Positions 39,677 to 48,219 of a stretch of DNA of 64,000 bases are shown piece by piece. Below the pieces are notes generated by a model, which saw only the letters and a list, made by a program, of their open reading frames with translations, made no database searches and had not been told where the DNA came from. The translations under genes and the position numbers were made by a program. Source of the DNA: Opitutia bacterium (GTDB lineage Bacteria; Verrucomicrobiota; Verrucomicrobiia; Opitutales; Seribacteraceae); the NCBI GenBank assembly GCA_002686835.1, contig NYYP01000011.1, forward strand, positions 15,751 to 79,750, read 5' to 3'. Position 1 is the first letter of the stretch, and the number at the start of each line of letters is the position of its first letter.

Positions 39677-40258
39677 ATGGTTGCCCGCCCCAACATAGTC
39701 CCACGATCAAATAACCTGGAGATTGGAATGATCGTCGAAGAAACTTCTACATCGGGAAGTGGCAAAAGGATAGGTGAAATTGTCGCAATTTTTGGCGACA
39801 AGAAAAGAAAATTGCAGGTCCTGGAACTCAATCGTCACGACCTCTCACCTTTCTTAAGCCATGCCAAAGACAAACTTAAGTTTTTTACCATATATAGTGA
39901 CAAATGCCGAAAACTCGACTTATCAAGAATACGAAAACCTAACTCGTTTTTACCTGGTGATGTTGTACGCCATGCAAAAAATGGGAGGATACGCTTTGGT
40001 ATTATCATTGGTTTTACTCATCCAGAAGGACTTTACAGTGAATCCATCGAAAAAGGGTATAATGGGAAAGATTTAATCGAATGTGTGGAAATATCCGGAC
40101 GAGCAGGACTCCCCCAAAAGCTCGACGCTATGGGCAAGGTTAAACGTTTCACTGTAGGTCCGGATTCCCTCAAAATTTGCGAGGTCCTGCCGATGGACAA
40201 AAATGGTGGCACAAGAATTAAAGATTACTGGGAACTTAAAAGAGAAGAAAACTTTTGA
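39677..40258 (+). CDS. Hypothetical basic protein with tandem KOW/SH3-like repeats (paralog B)
   Basis: Shares EKGYNGKD.IECVEISGR.GLP and CEVLPMD.NGG.RIKDY with paralog A. Confidence 0.75.
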   Translation: MVARPNIVPRSNNLEIGMIVEETSTSGSGKRIGEIVAIFGDKKRKLQVLELNRHDLSPFLSHAKDKLKFFTIYSDKCRKLDLSRIRKPNSFLPGDVVRHAKNGRIRFGIIIGFTHPEGLYSESIEKGYNGKDLIECVEISGRAGLPQKLDAMGKVKRFTVGPDSLKICEVLPMDKNGGTRIKDYWELKREENF

Positions 40259-40353
40259 TCCTCCCAGTTTAGCTGGCAAATACTTCTGTTTGTTCTAACA
40301 AATAGATTCAGGCAGAATTTGCTTACAAAAAAGAATCCTTATAGCAAATAGTT

Positions 40354-41652
40354 ATGGTTCTTGGTGTTTATTGTTTCCGCAACGATCTTCGTTTGCATGA
40401 CAATCCAGCCTTGCAACTCGCCCGAGAGGAGTGTGATCAACTTCTCTTAGTTTATGCATTTGAGGATAGGTTATGGAGGACCAAAAAACCTAAAAGAATA
40501 TCTGCACATAGAGCCAGGTTCACCCTCGATTCTTTGAAATGCTTAGAGAAAAAAATTATTAAACTTGGAGGTGCATTGCACTTTCTTCATGGAAATATTG
40601 AAAGTTCAATCCCCCCATTCATGGAACAGGTCGGTGCAACTCTGTGTTTTGTATCTGATGAAAATGCATGGGAAGAAAAAGAAGCGGAAGATGAACTTTC
40701 TAGAATGGTTAACTTACGAACAATTTACTCTAAGACCTTACTCCATTTGGATGATTTGCCCTTTGATCTTGAGGCTTTGCCGGAAACATTTTCCAATTTC
40801 AGAAAATTGGTAGAAAAGCAATGGATTGTGCGATCCAGTCTTGAAACTCCCGACACGCTCGATTTATCCCCGAATCCAGTTTCCAAACTACCTAACCTCA
40901 GAGAGTTAGGATTCAATAATCCTCCTGCCCCACCCTCTGATTATTATAGATTTGAAGGGGGAACCATAGCTGGAAGAAAACGAGTTGAACGTTGGATATG
41001 GGAAGAAAATTGTATTTTAAACTATAAGAATACCCGCAATCAACTACAGGGAGCTGACTTTTCATCACGACTTTCACCTTGGATATCTAACGGTTGTCTT
41101 TCCCCTAGGGAAATTTATTGGGAAATCAAAAAGTTCGAATCCCATTTTGAAGCCAATGAAAGCACTTACTGGTTAAACTTTGAATTATTGTGGCGCGATT
41201 TTTTTCACTTCTCCGCCAGACTACATGGACCCAAGATTTTTAAAAGTCGTGGTATTCACCCGGAGAGACCACCTATTACCGAACCCCAAAACGCCGGTTC
41301 ACTTTTTTCTCAATGGAAGGATGGTAGAACAAATGACTTATTTATCAATGCCATGATGCATGAATTGAGGAAAACTGGCTGGATGAGTAATCGAGCCAGG
41401 CAAATTTCCGCCTCTTATTTGATCAATGATCTCGGCCTAGATTGGAGAAAAGGTGCCCAATGGTTTGAGGAACAATTAATTGATTATGATCCGTGCAGTA
41501 ATTACGGAAATTGGTTATATCTTTCGGGATATGGAAATGACCCTCGGAAAAAGAGACATTTTAATGTAGCCAAACAAGCAGAATTATACGACCCCGAGGG
41601 GAATTATCTTAGAGATTGGGTAAGGGTTCAAAATTCACCAATTTCTAATTAA
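40354..41652 (+). CDS. Cryptochrome DASH
   Basis: FRNDLRLHDN, YKNTRN, SPWISNGCLSPR, NESTYWLxFELLWRDFF and GNDPR motifs. Confidence 0.92.
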   Translation: MVLGVYCFRNDLRLHDNPALQLAREECDQLLLVYAFEDRLWRTKKPKRISAHRARFTLDSLKCLEKKIIKLGGALHFLHGNIESSIPPFMEQVGATLCFVSDENAWEEKEAEDELSRMVNLRTIYSKTLLHLDDLPFDLEALPETFSNFRKLVEKQWIVRSSLETPDTLDLSPNPVSKLPNLRELGFNNPPAPPSDYYRFEGGTIAGRKRVERWIWEENCILNYKNTRNQLQGADFSSRLSPWISNGCLSPREIYWEIKKFESHFEANESTYWLNFELLWRDFFHFSARLHGPKIFKSRGIHPERPPITEPQNAGSLFSQWKDGRTNDLFINAMMHELRKTGWMSNRARQISASYLINDLGLDWRKGAQWFEEQLIDYDPCSNYGNWLYLSGYGNDPRKKRHFNVAKQAELYDPEGNYLRDWVRVQNSPISN

Positions 41653-41937
41653 TTGATCCCAATATGTTTCAAGGGTTTCAGAGTCTGGGAACGATTTAGA
41701 TACAATTGCCTCTTTGCTCAGTGCATCATGGTAGTGAAAAATTATTTTATTTTCACCATTTAATTTTTTGAAGAGAAACACCTGCCCCTTATTTACGCAG
41801 ACAGCATTTCCTTTTTCATCGACTCCCGCCATGATAACATTCAGCTTGGTTTCGGGTTTCTCCAAGAAAGAACCCATGAATGCACCAGTTGCAAAAACGA
41901 GTAAGAGCATAACCAATTGCTTGTTTTTCAATTTCAT
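41635..41937 (-). CDS. Hypothetical protein with N-terminal membrane anchor or signal peptide
   Basis: ATG, basic N-terminus then hydrophobic LVMLLLVFATGAFMG; fills the intergenic gap. Confidence 0.6.
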   Translation of the reverse strand: MKLKNKQLVMLLLVFATGAFMGSFLEKPETKLNVIMAGVDEKGNAVCVNKGQVFLFKKLNGENKIIFHYHDALSKEAIVSKSFPDSETLETYWDQLIRNW

Positions 41938-42122
41938 AATTTATATTTTGTCTTATTCGAGATGACTAAATTTAGGAATGTAGGTCAATTTGCAGGATTA
42001 AAGACAACCAAGGGTTTTTCAAGGATTTCCTCCACTTTTGTAATTCCCATGATAAACCTGTAACTCATTGTTTTTGCAATCTCACGAAAAAGGCTAAGCC
42101 GACCAGTACATCAATTCCCACT

Positions 42123-42620
42123 ATGCTTATTCCTTTTTCTCCTGTATTAACACCCACACTATGTCGATGGATTCGCAACATAGATGATTTAGTGTATTGG
42201 TCAGGAAACACCTTTGCCGGGAAAAAATTCAGCGAACAAACTTTTCTACAGCATCTTAGAAATAAAGATATCTCCCCTTTTGCCAGTTTAGATGTAAATG
42301 GCAATCTGCTAGCCTATGGAGAAATTGTCAGGAAAATAAATGAAAACCGCCTACATTTATGCAGAATCATAGTTGATCCTCAAAAAAGGGGGCAAGGCCT
42401 GGGCAAAAGATTTTGTAAATTACTGATAGAAAAGCCCCGATCCACGGGATCATATAAACGTATAATGATTAATGTTTTAAGTGAAAATAAGCCGGCAATT
42501 GCCTGCTACTCTTCATTGGGTTTTCAAAAAATTGGATTGCGACCCAAAGCCCGCAGAATTGGTAATCGGATGCTCGACTTGGTGATTATGTCCAAAAATC
42601 TAGAACAACAAAAAAAATGA
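42123..42620 (+). CDS. GNAT acetyltransferase
   Basis: VDPQKRGQGLG and NKPAIACYSSLGF motifs. Confidence 0.88.
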   Translation: MLIPFSPVLTPTLCRWIRNIDDLVYWSGNTFAGKKFSEQTFLQHLRNKDISPFASLDVNGNLLAYGEIVRKINENRLHLCRIIVDPQKRGQGLGKRFCKLLIEKPRSTGSYKRIMINVLSENKPAIACYSSLGFQKIGLRPKARRIGNRMLDLVIMSKNLEQQKK

Positions 42621-43108
42621 AAAAAACCAGTGGTGGATTAGTATTATACAAAGAAGACCCTGAAAACAATGAGCTCTTTGTGCTTGTGGCCCATCCGGGC
42701 GGTCCATTTTTCAAAAACAAAGACGATGGATGGTGGAGCATTCCCAAAGGAGAACCTGAACCTAATGAGGATATTTTTTTGGCCGCCTTAAGGGAGTTTG
42801 AAGAGGAAACAGGCATGCCCCCATCCGGTCCTTTTTTAGACCTAGGTTCAATCGTGCAAAATAATGGAAAAATTGTTTTTGCATGGGCGTTTGAAGGCGA
42901 TTGGGAAGATTCTCGCACACTTGTCTGCAATAAGATCTCAATGGAATACCCCAAAGGCTCTGGGAAAATTTGGGAATTCCCAGAAATAGACCGGGTTGCG
43001 TTTCTTCCCATTGAAAATGCAAAGGAAAAGTTAAGACCGCAACAAGTTCCACTCCTTGAGCGATTAATGGAAAAGGTTTCTCTGGCAAAAGACTCCCGCG
43101 CAAGCTAA
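42617..43108 (+). CDS. NUDIX hydrolase (COG4119-like)
   Basis: HPGGPF, WSIPKGE...AALREFEEETG and FPEIDR motifs. Confidence 0.9.
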   Translation: MKKTSGGLVLYKEDPENNELFVLVAHPGGPFFKNKDDGWWSIPKGEPEPNEDIFLAALREFEEETGMPPSGPFLDLGSIVQNNGKIVFAWAFEGDWEDSRTLVCNKISMEYPKGSGKIWEFPEIDRVAFLPIENAKEKLRPQQVPLLERLMEKVSLAKDSRAS

Positions 43109-43145
43109 TTGTTGCCAATCACCCAGACAAATTTAAAATATAAAG

Positions 43146-43751
43146 ATGCACTTATTAGATATTTTGAAAAAGATAAAACCAGGTTTTTATCTGGTATTTA
43201 TAATTCTTCTTGTTGGTTTTAGCCGTTACCTACCAATTGACCACCCATCGCTTTTCAATTTTTCTCCAGTACTCGCTATTTTTTTGTTTTGTGGTGCGTA
43301 CATCAAAGGATCATTTTCATGGCTCGCTCCAGTTATCGCTATATTCCTTTCCGATTTATTTTTAAATCCTTCTTATGGCAAAAATTTTCTCGAACCCTAC
43401 ATGCTTACAACAATTTCCTGCTATGTCTTGGTATGGATTCTAGGTTATAAAATAGGTAATCGCAGCAAGTTAACCAACTGGCTAGGGGGAGCCATCCTAT
43501 CGGCTGTACTTTTTCATCTTATCACCTGTACATTTTCCTGGATTTTAAATCCGGCATACGCCAAAACTACATCCGGACTGCTGCAGTCAATTATCATTGG
43601 CGAACCCGGCTTCGCACCCTCCTATTTATTTTTACGAAACTCTATCTTAAGCACTATATTCTTTTCCGTGTGTTTTAGGTGGTTTCATCTTTGGCTAACT
43701 CAATTCTCACTATCACAGACAGCTATTGTTGCACCAAAACCTCAAGTTTGA
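43146..43751 (+). CDS. DUF6580-like putative membrane transport protein
   Basis: About 6 TM segments, NFSPVLAIFLFCGA motif and a YAKTxxGL segment. Confidence 0.65.
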   Translation: MHLLDILKKIKPGFYLVFIILLVGFSRYLPIDHPSLFNFSPVLAIFLFCGAYIKGSFSWLAPVIAIFLSDLFLNPSYGKNFLEPYMLTTISCYVLVWILGYKIGNRSKLTNWLGGAILSAVLFHLITCTFSWILNPAYAKTTSGLLQSIIIGEPGFAPSYLFLRNSILSTIFFSVCFRWFHLWLTQFSLSQTAIVAPKPQV

Positions 43752-44317
43752 AGATTACGCTGTCTGAGTGCCTCAAACAGGCAAACACCAGTGGCCACAG
43801 ATACATTAAGACATTCCACTTTTCCACTCATGGGGATAAAGATTAACTCATCACAGTGCTTCGCGGTTAATCGGCGAATCCCGGTTTCCTCGGCCCCCAT
43901 AATTAAGCCACATGCTCCGGATAAATCTGCCTCAAACACTGATTTTTTCGCTTGATCACTCGTACCAACAAGAAAGATCCCCATTTGGGACAACCTCTCT
44001 AAATATCGTGCCAAATTTACCACTCTCGCAATTTTTAAATTCTCAACCGCTCCACAGGCGACATGCCTGACAACCTCAGTCAGCCCAGCTGAACGATCGT
44101 TCGGCAATACTACCAAATCAATACCTGCTCCATCTGCTGAGCGGAGACAGGCACCTAGGTTACGAGGGTCTTGTACTTGATCAAGAATTAGGACAAAAGG
44201 ATCATGCCCAAGCGAATTGATGTACTCTATGGATTGTTCCTCTCCAATTGTGGAAACAGGTGCATCTAGATTCCCATGGGTCTTACGTCCCAAAGCTTTG
44301 GAAAATCTCCTCTTCAT
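43742..44317 (-). CDS. rlmB: SpoU/TrmH-family rRNA methyltransferase (short RlmB-like)
   Basis: LDQVQDPRNLGACLR, MGAEETG and IPMxGKVECLNVSVA motifs. Confidence 0.8.
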   Translation of the reverse strand: MKRRFSKALGRKTHGNLDAPVSTIGEEQSIEYINSLGHDPFVLILDQVQDPRNLGACLRSADGAGIDLVVLPNDRSAGLTEVVRHVACGAVENLKIARVVNLARYLERLSQMGIFLVGTSDQAKKSVFEADLSGACGLIMGAEETGIRRLTAKHCDELIFIPMSGKVECLNVSVATGVCLFEALRQRNLQT

Positions 44318-44356
44318 CTAATTAGGGAAAAGATGAAAGGAAATAGAGCAAAAACA

Positions 44357-46066
44357 TTATTCGTGAAAATCTGAACCCTGAACTGTCTCTTTAACATAGC
44401 CTCTGCGAATACAAAAATCTCCAAATCTTTCTTCGTATTCTCGATTGGATGCAAAGTCTTCAAGTATAGGTTTTAATTCCTGTACGATTTCTTCATGGGT
44501 GATTGCTGGTCGATAAAGTTTGTTCAATCGTGTTCCGTCAAGACCAGCACCTAAGTATAAATTATATTTACCAGGAGCCTTCCCCACCAGACCGATTTCC
44601 CCCAAGTAAGGACGACCGCATCCATTGGGACAACCTGTAGAGCGAATAGCAATTGATTGATCATGCAATCCAAGCCCATCAATAATTGATTCCAGTTCAT
44701 CTATCAATGTTGGGAGATATCGTTCGCTCTCTGCTAAGGCTAGACTACAGGTGGGTAATGCAGTACAGGCAATTGAATTTAAACGGATGCCGGAAAGATC
44801 GCTTGGTACTCTTACATCATATTCGGAAAGAATACTTTCAACCTTTTGCTTATCTGTTGAATCTACTCGGGCGATAATCACATTTTGGTTTGCAGTGAGG
44901 CGGAATTGACATGGGATTTTCTCTGCGATTTCCCTCAGTGCCAATCGTCCTCGGTTTTTGTGATCTGCTCTTAATCTCCCGCCTTCAACAAAAAGCCCAT
45001 ATGCCCATTTCCCGTCTGCATCTTCAGTCCACCCGTATCGGTCGGTGGTTGAATCAAAAGTAAATTCTCTAGCAGCCTCAAGGCTCCAACCAAGCCTGCG
45101 ATTTAATTCTTCCAGGATCCAAGAAGCTCCTTTATCTTCGACTGTGTATTTCATCCGGGCATGTCTGCGATCTGAACGATCCCCATGATCACGCTGAAGT
45201 TTCACAACCTCCTCGGCTACTTCAACCACCTGCTCGGGAGAACAAAAACCAATGACATCAGCCAAGCGTGGATAGGTGGCTGTCTTGCCATGGGTCATAC
45301 CCAGACCCCCTCCTACCAGCACATTGTAACCCACAATTTTATCCTTCTCAGATATACCTACAAATCCAAGACAATTAGAAAATACATCGACATCGTTTCT
45401 TGGAGGTAACGCGACTGCGATCTTAAACTTTCTCGGTAAATAAGTCTTACCATAGATTGGTTCTTCCTCCTCCTTTCCAATGGTATCTGTTTTTTCCCCG
45501 TTCAACCATATTTCGGCATAAGAGGAGGTTCGAGGAGTAAGGTGATCATGAATCTTCTGGGCCACATCCAAGGCCTGTTGGTGCAACTGGGATTCAAATG
45601 GATTTGCAGGGGACATAACATTGCGGTTTACATCTCCGCACGCAGCCAATGTATCCAACAGGGTATCGTTTATCTCTTTCATGGTCTGCCTCAAGTTCTT
45701 CTTGAGCACCCCATAAAGCTGGAAGGCCTGCCGGGTGGTTAGCTTTAAAGTGCTTTCCCCAAATTTGTCCGCCAATGCGTCAATGCCTAACCACTGGGCA
45801 GGCGTACAAACTCCTCCGGGCACTCGAACACGGATCATGAAGGAGTATGCCTTCTCTTTCTTCTCTTTAAGCAAGCTTGCTCTTTTGTCTCGATCGTCCT
45901 GCATGTAGGTGCCATGAAATTTGGTAAGCTGGGCATCTTCCGCAGTAATCGCACCCGTTGATTCATCCATCAAGCTTTCCATAATTGTACCACGAAGAAA
46001 ATTGCTTCGTTCCTTGATGCCTTCATTGGCAGATAATTTCTTAGGAGTGTCAGGGTCTGAGATCAT
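44357..46066 (-). CDS. cysI: Assimilatory sulfite reductase hemoprotein subunit
   Basis: KFHGTYMQDDRD, ACGDVNRN, YLPRKFK, CTALPTC and TGCPNGC motifs. Confidence 0.95.
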   Translation of the reverse strand: MISDPDTPKKLSANEGIKERSNFLRGTIMESLMDESTGAITAEDAQLTKFHGTYMQDDRDKRASLLKEKKEKAYSFMIRVRVPGGVCTPAQWLGIDALADKFGESTLKLTTRQAFQLYGVLKKNLRQTMKEINDTLLDTLAACGDVNRNVMSPANPFESQLHQQALDVAQKIHDHLTPRTSSYAEIWLNGEKTDTIGKEEEEPIYGKTYLPRKFKIAVALPPRNDVDVFSNCLGFVGISEKDKIVGYNVLVGGGLGMTHGKTATYPRLADVIGFCSPEQVVEVAEEVVKLQRDHGDRSDRRHARMKYTVEDKGASWILEELNRRLGWSLEAAREFTFDSTTDRYGWTEDADGKWAYGLFVEGGRLRADHKNRGRLALREIAEKIPCQFRLTANQNVIIARVDSTDKQKVESILSEYDVRVPSDLSGIRLNSIACTALPTCSLALAESERYLPTLIDELESIIDGLGLHDQSIAIRSTGCPNGCGRPYLGEIGLVGKAPGKYNLYLGAGLDGTRLNKLYRPAITHEEIVQELKPILEDFASNREYEERFGDFCIRRGYVKETVQGSDFHE

Positions 46067-46116
46067 AGGTGATTGATATTTATAGAACATTTTGCCAAGA
46101 GGCAAGTGTGGCATGG

Positions 46117-47163
46117 TTAAATTAATCGATCGGTACAAGGTACTTCATCCAATGACAAACTGGGATTGAAATTCAATCCGCCTTCATGATTGGACCACAA
46201 ACCATTCCTGTCATGATGGGCAACATATGCAATCATGGCTGCATTATCCCCTGTGTACTTTTTTTCGGCAGCTAAAAATCTTACCTTTTGGTTTACACAG
46301 GTTTGTTTCAAACGATCACGAAGGACATCATTATTGGCCACACCTCCCGAGAGGCCAAAACTCTTGTAATCCTTTTGGGACAAAAACCGCATGCATTTTT
46401 TTGTCAATTGATCGACTGCAGCCTCCTGATAGGAGGAACATAGGTCCTGCCTGCATTGCACTATTTCCTCCTGGCTCATTTTTTGTAACTGATAGAGCAG
46501 ACTTGTTTTAAGGCCCGAAAAGCTAAAGTCATGAGCACCCCTGGACTGAAAGGCACGAGGAAAAGAAAAAGCTTTTGGGTTTCCGTCAGTTGCACACTTT
46601 TCAAGAGCAGCTGCACCAGGATAAGGGAAACCTAACAATTTCGCCCCTTTGTCCAAAGCTTCCCCAACCGCATCATCCATGGTTCTTCCAATAATATTAA
46701 TTTTACGATCAGTACAAATCTCGAAAAGAAGAGTATTCCCCCCCGAGACCAATAATCCCAGGTGTGGTAAAATTGTTGTCCATGGTAAAGAATGTGAGCC
46801 GAGTGCCATAAAGGGAGAATATGCATGTCCTCGTAAGTGATTGACTCCAACAACAGGGACTCTCCAGATTTCGCCCAAAGTTTTGGCAATACTCAGGCCA
46901 ACTCCAAGACTGCCAATCAAACCCGGACCACAGGTAACTGCAATTTCGGAAATTGTCCCGTTTATATCATTGCATTTACGCATCTCATCAAGCAGGGGGA
47001 AAAATTGATTGAGATGTTGACGAACAGCAATGTCAGGAACAATACCACCATATTCTGCATGCTGAGAAATCTGAGAGTGTATCCATTCACCCACCAATCC
47101 TTTTTCCGGATCAAAAAGAGCCAAAGCTGATTCATCACAGGAACTTTCAATTCCTAAGATCAT
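46117..47163 (-). CDS. tsaD: tRNA N6-adenosine threonylcarbamoyltransferase
   Basis: LGIESSCDE, NHLRGH, LVSGGNT, FSFSGLKT and DNAAMI motifs. Confidence 0.96.
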   Translation of the reverse strand: MILGIESSCDESALALFDPEKGLVGEWIHSQISQHAEYGGIVPDIAVRQHLNQFFPLLDEMRKCNDINGTISEIAVTCGPGLIGSLGVGLSIAKTLGEIWRVPVVGVNHLRGHAYSPFMALGSHSLPWTTILPHLGLLVSGGNTLLFEICTDRKINIIGRTMDDAVGEALDKGAKLLGFPYPGAAALEKCATDGNPKAFSFPRAFQSRGAHDFSFSGLKTSLLYQLQKMSQEEIVQCRQDLCSSYQEAAVDQLTKKCMRFLSQKDYKSFGLSGGVANNDVLRDRLKQTCVNQKVRFLAAEKKYTGDNAAMIAYVAHHDRNGLWSNHEGGLNFNPSLSLDEVPCTDRLI

Positions 47164-47209
47164 ATTACTGAATGCTTGAGTTTCACGCGAAACAAGCTAC
47201 TCAAGGGCT

Positions 47210-48211
47210 ATGTCCTCTACAATGCCAAAGGTTTCGCAGAATATTTTAAAATCCTTTTCTGCATTGCTTTGTGATCGAGAATTCATCCCCTTTGATGAAT
47301 TTGTTAAGTGGGCACTTTATGACCCTAAGATTGGATATTATCAAAGGCCCAAAAAACGGGTGGGTAAAGATATAAATAATGATTTTTACACATCCAGCAC
47401 ACTTGGGAGTATTTGGGGGGAATTAATCATTGAATCTTCGATCACTATGCTGGGAAAAAACATACCTTCCGAGTTTGTATTCGTTGAAATCGCTGCAGAA
47501 CCACAAACGAGTATTCTTCAAGGTTTGCAACATCCGTTTAAAAGTCATCAAATCATACGGCTTGGAGATAAAATTGACATTCCTGAAAAAGCCGTAGTTT
47601 ACAGCAATGAGTGGTTGGATGCCCAGCCGTTCAAGCGCTTCAAATATTCCAAAAAACAAAAGTGCTGGGTCGAAATTTTCGTTGGTTTAGATAATTCGAA
47701 ACTGGTGCAAATCGAAGGAAAACCAGACCCGTCTGAATCATTTCTATTCCCCAAAATATCAACCGACGGATATCTCATCGATTGGCCCACAGGTTCCATT
47801 TCTTCTCTCCATAAATTAATCACCCAAAGCCAATGGAATGGAATATTTATGACTTTTGACTATGGACTGGACATAAATACCTTACTCAACGACCGCCCAG
47901 AAGGTACCGCTCGAGCGTACAGGAGACATAATCTGACCAATTCTCTTTTAACTAATGTTGGAGATCAGGATATAACCTGCCATTTATGTTGGGACAGCCT
48001 AAAAGAATGCCTAAAAAAAGCTGGGTTCGAAAAGATAAATCTCACAAACCAGGAAGCATTTCTGCTAGAGAATGCCCGAGCAGAGATTAAGAAAATTTTT
48101 GAAAAAAGCACAGAAGGGTTAAATCCAAAAATGCTCGCCCTACGGGAACTGATTCATCCTGCCCATCTTGGTCATGGCATGCAGGCATTGTCTGCTGCTC
48201 GCTTCAAATAA
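47210..48211 (+). CDS. SAM-dependent methyltransferase, MidA/NDUFAF7 family
   Basis: ALYDPxxGYY, DFYTS, SNEWLDA, FDYG and GDQDIT motifs. Confidence 0.85.
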   Translation: MSSTMPKVSQNILKSFSALLCDREFIPFDEFVKWALYDPKIGYYQRPKKRVGKDINNDFYTSSTLGSIWGELIIESSITMLGKNIPSEFVFVEIAAEPQTSILQGLQHPFKSHQIIRLGDKIDIPEKAVVYSNEWLDAQPFKRFKYSKKQKCWVEIFVGLDNSKLVQIEGKPDPSESFLFPKISTDGYLIDWPTGSISSLHKLITQSQWNGIFMTFDYGLDINTLLNDRPEGTARAYRRHNLTNSLLTNVGDQDITCHLCWDSLKECLKKAGFEKINLTNQEAFLLENARAEIKKIFEKSTEGLNPKMLALRELIHPAHLGHGMQALSAARFK

Positions 48212-48219
48212 AATTAAAT

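Noticed and set aside
35391-43108. Possible genomic island after tRNA-Gly (looks more AT-rich, mixed accessory genes)
   Set aside because: No integrase, transposase or flanking att repeat was seen. The only TGCCCGCACCA match noticed is inside metH coding sequence.
46089-46110. TTGGCAAAA motif recurring upstream of cysI, metH and paralog B as a possible shared regulon box
   Set aside because: TTGGCAA reads as a -35-like hexamer on both strands, so recurrence in promoters is expected.
47175-47205. CTTGAGT...ACTCAAG inverted repeat between divergent tsaD and the MidA-like gene
   Set aside because: The 7-bp arms are short, may just reflect overlapping promoter elements, and no second copy was found.
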